From an uncultured Gemmatimonadota bacterium (GTDB taxonomy: Bacteria; GCA-2686955): a stretch of DNA of 64,000 nucleotides. The stretch lies in NCBI GenBank assembly GCA_964490075.1, contig CAZBBK010000029.1, forward strand, positions 383-64,382, read 5' to 3'. The notes beneath the pieces are model-generated. The model had not been told where the DNA came from and ran no database searches. It saw only the letters and a list, made by a program, of their open reading frames with translations. A program made the translations under genes and the position numbers. Position 1 is the first letter of the stretch; each line of letters opens with the position of its first letter. Positions 9,223 to 17,654 of the stretch are shown here, in pieces.

Positions 9223-10551
9223 CTACCTCCGGCGGTGCCGGCGCCGGCCGCGGCTGCTTTGGCCGGACTGCGCCGGGGATTCGGCCGACCCGGCCAGCTC
9301 CTCGAGCGTCGCGCTGTCCATATCCTGCGCCGCCCGCGGATCGATCAGCGCCAGCGCGTCGCCCTCCTCGACGCCCGAGACCACCACCGCGTGGTTCTCG
9401 CTGCGGGCGCCGAGCTCCACCGGGATTGCGTCCCAACCCGAGCCCTTGGCACGGTGCACCAGGGTCTCTTCCCCCTCCCTGAACACCGCGTCGATCGGCA
9501 AGGTCAACGTGTCCTCGAGCTCCGAGACCACGATCTCGCAGGATGCCGTCATCCCCGGCTTCAGGATCGTCGCCGTGGTGTCGATCAGCACGTTCACCTC
9601 GAACACCTTGACGTCGGACCCTTCGCTCTTGCGGCGCCCCAACGTGGCCACGTCGGAGACGGTGCCGGGAAACACCGGCCCTTCGAAGGCATCGAGCCGG
9701 ATTCGCACCTCCTGGCCGACCGCCAGCTTGGAGATGTCGACCTCGTTGACCTGGGTCTTGACGCGCACCTCGCTGAGATCGGGCAGGCCGATGATCGCCT
9801 GCCCCGGCCAGGGCGTGTCACCCACCTGGAACTTGTTGCCGGTGTTCCAGTTGCGTTCGTAGACGATGAGCCCGCCGGCGGCCGCCTTGACGTCCAGCGC
9901 GGCCCGGTCCTGGCGCGCCTTCTCGAGCTCCGCCCGGGCCTGGTCCAGCTCCAGCTCGAGCCTCCGCCGCTCCTCGGCGTCGATGATGCGTTGCGACCCG
10001 ATCTTGGCGCGGGAGCGCGCCAGGTCGTTCTCCGCCTGGGCGAAGCGCAGCTCCCCCTCGCGGCGGCGCACATCGGGCTCGAACTGCAGCTGCTCGAGCG
10101 CCAGCTTGGCCAGCTCGTGGGAGGCCTCGGTGTTGCGCAGCGCCGCCTCCAGCTCGGCGGCGGTCGCGGCCTGCGAGGCTTGCGCCCGGGTCAGGCTCGC
10201 CTTCTTGATCTCCAGCTCCGCCTCGGTATGGATCATGTGCTTCTCGAGACCGGAGGGGTCGAAGCGGGCGATCACGTCGCCCTGCTCGGCGCGCGATCCC
10301 TCGTCGGCCAGCCAGGTGATCTGCGGCCGAGATCCCCAGTCGCCGACCCGCGGTGAGGAGATGGTCATCGAGCGGGTCGCCTCCACCTCTCCCGACTCGG
10401 TGATGCTGACCACGAAGGGCCCGCGCGCGACCCGCGCGGTCGGCAGCTGGCCGCCGGCGCCGCCCCGCGAGCGCCGGATCGAGACCGCACCGGCGCCGAC
10501 CAGCGCCAGCAGCAGAATGGCGATCAGGGCCTTGGAGCGAAGGGCGTTCAC
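9223..10551 (-). CDS. HlyD/MacA-type periplasmic adaptor (membrane fusion protein)
   Basis: It has an N-terminal TM helix, a coiled-coil hairpin, and lipoyl plus beta-barrel signatures (GLIVYERNW, VRVKTQVNEVD). The start is GTG. Confidence 0.8.
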   Translation of the reverse strand: MNALRSKALIAILLLALVGAGAVSIRRSRGGAGGQLPTARVARGPFVVSITESGEVEATRSMTISSPRVGDWGSRPQITWLADEGSRAEQGDVIARFDPSGLEKHMIHTEAELEIKKASLTRAQASQAATAAELEAALRNTEASHELAKLALEQLQFEPDVRRREGELRFAQAENDLARSRAKIGSQRIIDAEERRRLELELDQARAELEKARQDRAALDVKAAAGGLIVYERNWNTGNKFQVGDTPWPGQAIIGLPDLSEVRVKTQVNEVDISKLAVGQEVRIRLDAFEGPVFPGTVSDVATLGRRKSEGSDVKVFEVNVLIDTTATILKPGMTASCEIVVSELEDTLTLPIDAVFREGEETLVHRAKGSGWDAIPVELGARSENHAVVVSGVEEGDALALIDPRAAQDMDSATLEELAGSAESPAQSGQSSRGRRRHRRR

Positions 10552-10711
10552 GTGAGTCGGATCTCTTTGGATGGGTGCGCCGGGTCGCGGGAGTCTACCC
10601 GCTTTTGCCTCTCGGTCGGATGGCGCTATCCTGAGTGTCGCGCCGGTTCCGCCCTGGCTCTTCGGAATCGCTCAGGCGCGACGCCTGCATACCGTCTCCG
10701 AAGGAGTATCC

Positions 10712-12313
10712 GTGTCCAGAACAGCCCGCATCGGCACCGTCCTGCTCGCCGCGGCTGCGCCCGCGTCTTCCGCCTCGCGCGAACAGGCCACGATCGACCG
10801 CCCCGAGGACCCGATCGAAATGGTCGGCGGCGACGTGGCGCAGCTGATCGACACCGCCGTCGACGGCTTCGCCCTCTACGTGTGGGTCGACGATCAGTTC
10901 CAGCCTCTCAACTTCCAGGTCGACGAGCGCGGACCGGGAGGGGGCTACTTCAGCGAAGAGGCCGAGACCGGCTTCATCGACGACAACGATCAGATCGTCT
11001 TCATGGTCGAGGACGGCGGGGACCGGGCGGGCACCGGCGAATGGCTCGATCATGCCAACGTCGAACCCGATCATCGTTACGAGATCGAGCTCGAGGATCC
11101 GCTGAATCCCGGCGCCAAGGGTTGGGTCTACCTCTTCCTCGGCGCCGATCTGCCGCGCTCTTCCGCCGACTACGTCGACGTGCTCGCCGACGATCCCTTC
11201 CACGTTGCTTCCGACCGCTACGGGGAGGAGTACCTGCCCGGCATTCCCGGGGCGCTCGACGATCTCACCATCCTGCCCGCGATCGGCGGCAGCGGCACCG
11301 ATCTCTACGATCGCATGAAGTTCCGCCTCAAGCTGGGACCGCTCTGGGATTGGCAGACCGAAGAAGACGGTGTCGCGGAAAACACTAACTACAAGGACGG
11401 CTCGGTGCGGGTGATCCTCGCCTACAATGTTACGATTCCGATCCTGGAGTTCGCGCTCTCCAACACCCAGGTCATCTATCACCGGCAGATGTCGATCACT
11501 CGCAACAAGATTTTCCAGCTCTATTGGCCGGAGGCCAAGCGGATGTTGTGGCTGACCGACCTGAATCCCCAGATCGACGACTTCGTCTACTACGACAACC
11601 GTGGCGGCGACAAGGAATCGCCGGCGACATTCACCGATCTGGTCGATGGGGACGGGATGCGCGACGAAGATGAGTCCTTCTCCTTCCAGGAGATCGTCAG
11701 CCCGACGCACGGCGCGTCGATCAGCGTCCAGGACAACGACCCGATTCCCGCCGACGAGACCCTTGCCTACTACTGCGACCAGTGTGGCGAGGAGGCGTGG
11801 CCCGAGACCGGCGACGGAGAGAAGTGGGGCGAGAGCGGCACCTGGCTGAAGCGTATCGAGTTCCAGAACGAGCCTTTCGAGCTGGAGTCCTGGAACTGGC
11901 GCACCGGGCCCTACGACGACGGCAGCCGCGGCCACCACTTTGCCAGCCGCTACTACCACCGCACCCAGATCACCGCCCGCTGGCAGGCGCCGACCGCGAT
12001 CGAGGACCAGGCCCCGCCGGCTCCGGCAGGCGCTGGACTGAGCCTCGCGCAAAACGTGCCCAACCCCTTCAATCCGCGGACCAAGATCTCCTTCGTCGTT
12101 CCGGAGAACGCCGGCGGGGTGCGGCTCGAGGTGTTCGACGTGGCCGGGCGCAAGGTGCGGGTGCTGGTTCGCGAGCCTCTGCCGGCCGGTGCCCACAGCG
12201 TCGTCTGGGACGGCCGGGGCGATGACGGACGCACGTTGCCCAGCGGCATCTACAGCTGTCGGATCGCCACCGCGGAGCGGTCGGCGGCGCGCCGCATGCT
12301 GCTCCTGAAGTAG
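10712..12313 (+). CDS. Secreted protein of unknown function with a C-terminal FlgD-Ig/T9SS-type sorting domain (paralogue 1)
   Basis: A signal peptide (TVLLAAAAPASSA) is present and an AGGAG lies 6 nt before the GTG at 10712. The C-terminus reads LSLAQNVPNPFNPRTKISF...GIYSCRI. The body shares motifs with the next gene: GWVYLF, DRY, PW.TEDG, and YYCDQCGEEAWPETGDGEKWGESGTW. Confidence 0.65.
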   Translation: MSRTARIGTVLLAAAAPASSASREQATIDRPEDPIEMVGGDVAQLIDTAVDGFALYVWVDDQFQPLNFQVDERGPGGGYFSEEAETGFIDDNDQIVFMVEDGGDRAGTGEWLDHANVEPDHRYEIELEDPLNPGAKGWVYLFLGADLPRSSADYVDVLADDPFHVASDRYGEEYLPGIPGALDDLTILPAIGGSGTDLYDRMKFRLKLGPLWDWQTEEDGVAENTNYKDGSVRVILAYNVTIPILEFALSNTQVIYHRQMSITRNKIFQLYWPEAKRMLWLTDLNPQIDDFVYYDNRGGDKESPATFTDLVDGDGMRDEDESFSFQEIVSPTHGASISVQDNDPIPADETLAYYCDQCGEEAWPETGDGEKWGESGTWLKRIEFQNEPFELESWNWRTGPYDDGSRGHHFASRYYHRTQITARWQAPTAIEDQAPPAPAGAGLSLAQNVPNPFNPRTKISFVVPENAGGVRLEVFDVAGRKVRVLVREPLPAGAHSVVWDGRGDDGRTLPSGIYSCRIATAERSAARRMLLLK

Positions 12314-12325
12314 GCGGTGTCGGCT

Positions 12326-13918
12326 ATGAGGCACGAACTCGAGCGGACCCTTGCGACGGCGATCGGGTGCCTGCTGGGCACGGCGGCGCCGCTGTGGGCC
12401 CTCGGGCTCGAAGAGGCGACCCTGGCGCGACCCGAGGAGCCGCTCGAGCTGCGCGGAGCCGATCTGGCGCAGCTCGACGGCCAGCCGCTGGCTCGCCTGC
12501 GGCTCTTCGCCTGGGGCGAGGGCGGGTGGCGGGCGATCCCGGTCCAGTTCGATGAACGCGGGCCGAGCGACAGCTTTTTCGAAAGCGACGATCGGCCCGA
12601 TACCCTCGATGGCAACGATTCGATCGTCTTCATGCAGGAGGATGTCGGAGGCCGAGTCGATGCCGGCACCTGGGTCGACGCCGCCGACGATCATCGCTAT
12701 CAGATCGAGGTGGTCGATCCGCGCCCGGGAGGGGGCCGGGGCTGGGTCTACCTCTTCGCGGGCGAGGCCTTGCCGCCCGCCGAGGACGACTACGTGGAGA
12801 TGGTGGCCTTCGATCCCTTCGAGATCGAGACCGATCGCTATCTGGAGCGCTTTGCCGCCGGCAATCCGGGAGTGTTGCTCGACCTGGTCATCTCCGAAGG
12901 CTTTGGCGGCAACGGTGTCGATCTCTTCGACCGGGTGAAGTACCGCGCCAAGCCGGGCTTTTTGACTCCCTGGTTGACCGAGGACGACGGCTGGGTCGAC
13001 TACGGCGACCGCGAGCCGATCGATGGACCGGTGCGGGTGCTCAACAGCTTCAAAGTGTCGCTGGCCGGATTCATCGACATGATGGACGGTACGGTCTTTT
13101 TCTACCGCCAGATGGTGGTCGTGGAGACCGTCGTGTACCAGATCATCTGGCCCGATGTGCGGCACATGGTCTGGCTGGCCGACGCCAATCCGGAGGTCGG
13201 CGACCTGATCTACTACAACAATGCCGGCGAGCAGGGGATCGCGCTGATCGACACTGTCGACGGCGACGGTTTGCGCAGCACCGATCAGCCGGCTCGATTT
13301 CACGAGTGGCGCAGTCCCAGCGCCGGCGGGGCGCTGACGATTCAGGATCCCTGGGAGATTCCGGGCGACGAGCACCTGAGCTACTACTGCGACGGTTGCG
13401 AGGAGACCCGCTGGACCGAGACCGGCGACGGCGTGCAGTGGGGTCAGTGGGGCAACTGGGTGAAGGGACTGCCCTTTGGCGCCGTGATCCCGACCGAGAT
13501 CTGGAACGTCTGGCTGCCGCCCGGCAGCGAGAGCGTGGGACAGGATTTCAGCGATCGCTTCATGGCCCGCAGTGAAGCCCTCGCCCTGTGGCAGGAACGG
13601 GAGACCACCGAAGTGCGCGAGGACGGCGAGCGACTGCCCGGCCTGCGCGTGGCGCTGCATCAGAACCACCCCAACCCCTTCAACCCAAGCACCACCTTGC
13701 GCTTCGACACGCCCGGCGGACCGCTGCGACTGGCGATCTACGATGCCCGCGGGGCGCGGGCGCGCACGCTGGTGGAGGGCGAGCCCGCTGCCGGGAGCCA
13801 TGCCGCGACCTGGGACGGCCGCGACGACGCGGGCCGGCTTCTGCCCTCGGGCCGCTACCTGGCGTGGCTGCATTGCGGCGGGCGAGTCGAGACCGCCAGC
13901 CTGGTGCTGGTGCGCTAA
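12326..13918 (+). CDS. Secreted protein of unknown function with a C-terminal FlgD-Ig/T9SS-type sorting domain (paralogue 2)
   Basis: It starts 13 nt after the paralogue-1 stop, or 4 nt after if the GTG at 12317 is used. The C-terminus reads ALHQNHPNPFNPSTTLRF...GRYLAWL. The same internal motifs recur, including YYCDGCEETRWTETGDGVQWGQWGNW. Confidence 0.65.
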   Translation: MRHELERTLATAIGCLLGTAAPLWALGLEEATLARPEEPLELRGADLAQLDGQPLARLRLFAWGEGGWRAIPVQFDERGPSDSFFESDDRPDTLDGNDSIVFMQEDVGGRVDAGTWVDAADDHRYQIEVVDPRPGGGRGWVYLFAGEALPPAEDDYVEMVAFDPFEIETDRYLERFAAGNPGVLLDLVISEGFGGNGVDLFDRVKYRAKPGFLTPWLTEDDGWVDYGDREPIDGPVRVLNSFKVSLAGFIDMMDGTVFFYRQMVVVETVVYQIIWPDVRHMVWLADANPEVGDLIYYNNAGEQGIALIDTVDGDGLRSTDQPARFHEWRSPSAGGALTIQDPWEIPGDEHLSYYCDGCEETRWTETGDGVQWGQWGNWVKGLPFGAVIPTEIWNVWLPPGSESVGQDFSDRFMARSEALALWQERETTEVREDGERLPGLRVALHQNHPNPFNPSTTLRFDTPGGPLRLAIYDARGARARTLVEGEPAAGSHAATWDGRDDAGRLLPSGRYLAWLHCGGRVETASLVLVR

Positions 13919-15831
13919 TGAGAGACGAAGTGACCGAAATGACCGATTCGAGCAAGGGATCGAAGTTGACGCTGCCGTGGAGCGAGCCGGCCAATCGGCT
14001 CAGTGTGGCCGACCTGAGCCTCTTCAGAGAGACGATCGGAGCGGAGGCCGACGGCGTCGGACCGCCCGCCGATGAGCACGGCTTTCTCGCGCTCTTCGCC
14101 CGCGCCCTGCGCGCCGGGGCGGAAGGCGAGGGGCTGGTGCGCGCGGCCCTGGACGAGCTGGCCAGCCACGGACTGTGGGAGCTTCTGGCGGAGGCGGCGG
14201 CCGCCGCCGGCGGAGGCGATGCCGAGAGTCCGCACGCCGGCGCGCTGCTGCGCGCCTGGAGCCGACTCGGGCGCGATGCCGAGCTGGCGCGGCTCGGGGG
14301 CGAGCTCGCCGCGCGCGATCCCCAGTACCTTCCCCCGCGCTATCGGCTCGACGTCGCTGCGGCGCTCTTCGAGCGCGGCGCGGATCCAGAGCTGGCGCGA
14401 AGGGTGTTGGCCAGTGCCGTGGAATACGTCGGCTCGAAGGGGAGAGAGGCGGAGATCGAGCGCCTCTTCGAGCTCCTCGCCGACCACGGCGGGGCGCCGG
14501 AGGTGCCCGCGGCGATCGAGCTCTGCGAGCGCATCGCGCGCCGCGGGCAGAGGGTGGCCGGCTACGCGGGTCTCTTCGCCATGGCCCTCGACGACGCGGG
14601 CGCGCCCGAGGCGCTCTGGCGCCTGGTCCGCGACGTGACGCTCTCCACCGGCGAGCTGGATGCCGTGGCCGCCGAGCTCGCTGGCCAGGCGATTGTCACG
14701 CTCTACGGCGCCGAGCTGGGGGCGTTGGGGCCACGCCTGGAGCGCGCCGCGCGCGGCGCCGATCCGCGCGCCGAGATCGAAGTGATCGAGCGCGCCATCG
14801 AGTGGCGCCCCGGCACCTTCGTATGCACCGAAACGGGTCTTTACTGGAGAGTCGTAGCCTGCGACGGCGTCCAAGTGACGCTCGCCAATCCGGCCGGAAT
14901 GGAGCGCCGCGAACCCCTCGATTCCCGGCTCCACGAGCGCGTGAACGCCGACTCGTGGCCGGTGCGGGTGGCCTTCTTCCGCGAGAGCCTGCGCGTGCGC
15001 GCCAGTGCCGAGCCGCTGGCGGTGGTCGAGGAGTTTCTGCGCGACCATCCGGGCAAGCTGACCGACCTCGGGCTGAAGGCCGAGCTCACCGCCCAGTTGC
15101 TCCTTCGGCCCGCGCAATGGGAGGCGTGGTTCGAAGATCTGCGCGCGGCGATCGGGCGCGGCGAGGGTGGGGTCTGCTACGCCGCCCGCAGCCGCGCCTT
15201 TACTCTGGGCAAGCCGAAGCCGGCCGCTCGCGCGACGCGCAAGAAAGCCGCCAAGAATGCGCCTCCGAAACGGCGCGTGCTGCCGATTCCGCGCCCCGAG
15301 GCGAAGGCGCGTGAGCCCGATCTCGATTCGCTCGAGCTGCGCATCGCCGCCATTCCCGAGGCGATGGCGTTGGCGCAGCGGCTGAAGGGGCGCATCAGTG
15401 CCCTGGAGCGCGAGCTGCGCATCGAGCTGCCGGAGCGGCTCAGGACCGCCGCGGCCCATGGCGATCTGAGCGAGAACGCTGAGTACGACGCAGCCAAGGA
15501 GCGCAAGGCGACCGTCGAGGGGCTCTTGACGGAGCTCGCGCCGCGCGCCCAATCGCTGGCGGCGACCGACGGGGTGCGCTGCAAGAGGGACCAGGCCGCC
15601 GTGCTGCGCTCGGTGCGGATCGTCGAGCTTCCGGAACGGACCCGCCGCGTCATTCACCTGGTGCCGAACGAGCTCGCCGATCCCGACCGGGCCTTCGTTT
15701 CGATCGGCTCCCCTCTGGGCAAGGCGCTCAACCGTCGCCGATGCGGCGAGACCGTCGAAGTGTCGCTGCCGGCCGGCAGCCGCGAGGTGACGATTCAGGC
15801 GGTCGGCGAGTTCGGTTGCGAGCCGGAGTGA
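13918..15831 (+). CDS. Large protein with a C-terminal GreA/GreB-like transcript-cleavage-factor module and a ~480-aa N-terminal region of unknown function
   Basis: The ATG overlaps the upstream stop (TAATG). The C-terminal ~160 aa contain GDLSENAEYDAAKERKA and SIGSPLGKALNRRRCGETVEVSLPAG, matching the GreA N-terminal and C-terminal domain signatures. The N-terminal region is Ala/Leu/Arg-rich and helical. A basic linker (KPKPAARATRKKAAKNAPPKRR) precedes the GreA part. Confidence 0.65.
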   Translation: MRDEVTEMTDSSKGSKLTLPWSEPANRLSVADLSLFRETIGAEADGVGPPADEHGFLALFARALRAGAEGEGLVRAALDELASHGLWELLAEAAAAAGGGDAESPHAGALLRAWSRLGRDAELARLGGELAARDPQYLPPRYRLDVAAALFERGADPELARRVLASAVEYVGSKGREAEIERLFELLADHGGAPEVPAAIELCERIARRGQRVAGYAGLFAMALDDAGAPEALWRLVRDVTLSTGELDAVAAELAGQAIVTLYGAELGALGPRLERAARGADPRAEIEVIERAIEWRPGTFVCTETGLYWRVVACDGVQVTLANPAGMERREPLDSRLHERVNADSWPVRVAFFRESLRVRASAEPLAVVEEFLRDHPGKLTDLGLKAELTAQLLLRPAQWEAWFEDLRAAIGRGEGGVCYAARSRAFTLGKPKPAARATRKKAAKNAPPKRRVLPIPRPEAKAREPDLDSLELRIAAIPEAMALAQRLKGRISALERELRIELPERLRTAAAHGDLSENAEYDAAKERKATVEGLLTELAPRAQSLAATDGVRCKRDQAAVLRSVRIVELPERTRRVIHLVPNELADPDRAFVSIGSPLGKALNRRRCGETVEVSLPAGSREVTIQAVGEFGCEPE

Positions 15832-15887
15832 GGAGTCTCACGCAGAGGCGCGAAGGCGCAAAGAGCAAGGAAAGAAGGACAACTAAC

Positions 15888-16072
15888 TAAGGGTCGGCGA
15901 AGAAACAACTCCCGTGTTTGCATCCCATCTGCACCGCGTCTCCGGCCGATCGGCGAGCCCCGAAATCCTCGAAATAGCTCTGCTATTCCTCCGGTTTCGG
16001 ACCTCACCGATCGACCGGATCCACGGCACATCTGGGCGCAAACCCGGGGAGTTATTTCTTCGCCGACCCTAA
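15888..16072. repeat. 27-bp near-perfect inverted repeats (15888-15914 and 16045-16072) flanking a 130-bp, lower-GC segment
   Basis: The left arm is taagggtcggcgaagaaacaactcccg. The right arm is cggggagttatttcttcgccgaccctaa, which is the reverse complement with two mismatches. It lies in the intergenic space between convergent genes, and the right arm contains the TAG stop of the sulfatase-like gene. Confidence 0.5.
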
Positions 16073-17453
16073 CCGCCCCCGCCCAGGTACCCCAGACTCT
16101 CGAGCTGGCTGCGCGTCGCCTGGTCGATGGTCACCAGCGACTCCCGCGGCCTCGGGCACAGGGCGCTGAGTGAATCGAGCTGGCCCTCGAGCGAGGCCAG
16201 CAGCGTGGCATCGACCTCGCGGCTCAGGTCGCGGCGCTCGCCGCGGTCTGCCTCTCGGTCGTAGAGCCGGCAAGCGCCGGTCGCGCCGTCTCGAATCAGC
16301 TTCCAGCGCGGCGTGATCAACGCGCGGTCCTGATCCCCGTAGAGCAGGGCCTCGGCGATGGTCGGTGCCATGGGGGGGCGCGGCCCGAGATCATCCCCTC
16401 CACCAGGCTGATCCCCCGGGCCCCGGGCAAGGGCGGCGCGTCCAGCAGCTCCAGCAGAGTCGGAGCCAGGTCGAGGATCCGGGCGCCGCCGGGGATCGTG
16501 CCATCGTCGCGCGCCGCTCGCGCCCGGCGCAGCTCGGTCATCTGGGCGCCGCCGCCGTGGGAGGGCGGCACCAGGATGCCCGGAACCCAGAGCAGCTCTC
16601 GATGCAGCGTGTGACCGTGCTCGGTGGCACCGTGATCCCAGTGCTCCTCGCCGTGATCGGAGACCACCAGGATCATCGTCTGGCGCGCCTCCCCGGTCGA
16701 GCGCAATGCCCGCATCAGCTCCGCCAGCCAGGCGTCCGCGAAGCGGATATCGGTCGCGTAGAGATGGCGGATATGGGCCCGCAGCGGCTGCGGCAGATCG
16801 GGCGAGGTGAGCAGCTGGCGGCGTACGATCGGCGGCGCGAAGGAGGTCGGCGGGGGCGGCTCGGGCGTCGGGGGCGGCAGATCGGCGTGCGCCAGGTAGG
16901 GAAGATGGGGCTCCATCAGGTGCAGATAGAAGAAGAAGGGGCGGTCCCCGTGCGCCAGGGAGCGCAGCATCTCGAGCGCGCGCGCGCGCAGCTCGCCGCG
17001 CCGCTCCTCGGCGATGAACTCGTAGGACTCGAAGCCCCGATCGAAGCGGGTCCAGGTTTTCAGGTGCGGATTGCTCTGCAGCGCCGCGACGGCATAGCCC
17101 GCGTCGGCGAGGGCCTGGGGCAGGGTGCCGACCTCTTCGGGCAGCGCCTGCATCACTCCGTTGTGCCCGCCGTGGTCGATCCCGAGCTCGGTGGGGTAGC
17201 GCGAGCTGAAGAGCGATCCTACCGCCGGGCGGGTCCATGGCGACTGGCTGATCAGATCCTCGAAGCGCAGTCCGCAGCGGGCCAGCGAATCGAGGGTCGG
17301 AGCGACGCCGGGATCGCCCCCGTAGCTGCCGAGCACATCCGGACGCAGCGTATCGACCAGGATCAAGAGCAGGTTGGGCCTCGGGTCGGGAGCCACGTCC
17401 CGGACCTGGCAGCCCAGCAACAGAGTAAGTGAAATTAGTGACAGTCGTCGCAC
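16069..17453 (-). CDS. Sulfatase-like hydrolase lipoprotein (alkaline-phosphatase superfamily), interrupted by one frameshift near 16380
   Basis: It starts with GTG. There is a lipobox (LLLGCQ). LILVDTLRPD and VVSDHGEE are metal-site motifs. The C-terminal part (PRWKLIRD...RLYDREADRGERRDLS) is in another frame (ORF 16069..17238). The frames switch at catggggggg. Confidence 0.55.
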
Positions 17454-17549
17454 CCTTTAGAGCCTATAGGGTCCGCGGTCGCTCCATCCTCTTTTTCCGC
17501 CCTTGCCCCCTTGTGCCGCGCCCTCGGATCGGCTATTCCAGACAGTGCG

Positions 17550-17569
17550 GGTGCGAATAGATGCGCACC
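17550..17569. promoter_or_regulatory. Perfect hexamer inverted repeat GGTGCG-N8-CGCACC, 85 bp upstream of the sigma-54 activator start
   Basis: The sequence is ggtgcgaatagatgcgcacc. A short AT-containing spacer inside a 70% GC context is suggestive of a dimeric regulator operator. Confidence 0.2.
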
Positions 17570-17654
17570 GGCAGCGTTTCCGCAACAATTGGCGCCCCGC
17601 GGTCGAGCGAGTGTACGGCAAGGCTCGCACGAAGGTGGGGTGAAGGGAGGTGAC

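Noticed and set aside
7985-9436. 483-aa Arg/Gly-rich ORF in an alternative frame of the permease/MFP region
   Set aside because: It is low-complexity and out of frame with the motif-bearing FtsX-like permease.
10595-13873. 1092-aa minus-strand ORF spanning both FlgD-Ig paralogue genes
   Set aside because: It is Arg/Gly/Pro-rich and low-complexity, with no family motifs, and is antisense to two well-supported genes. This is the typical stop-codon-poor shadow frame of 70% GC DNA.
13915-15657. 580-aa minus-strand ORF antisense to the GreA-domain gene, and 14175..15314 (+) in an alternative frame
   Set aside because: It is Arg/Gly-rich with no motifs. The GreA signatures are only in the 13918..15831 frame.
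15832-16068. Possible tRNA or small RNA gene in the lower-GC intergenic segment
   Set aside because: No cloverleaf-compatible arms, anticodon stem or CCA context could be laid out. It is kept only as an inverted-repeat element.
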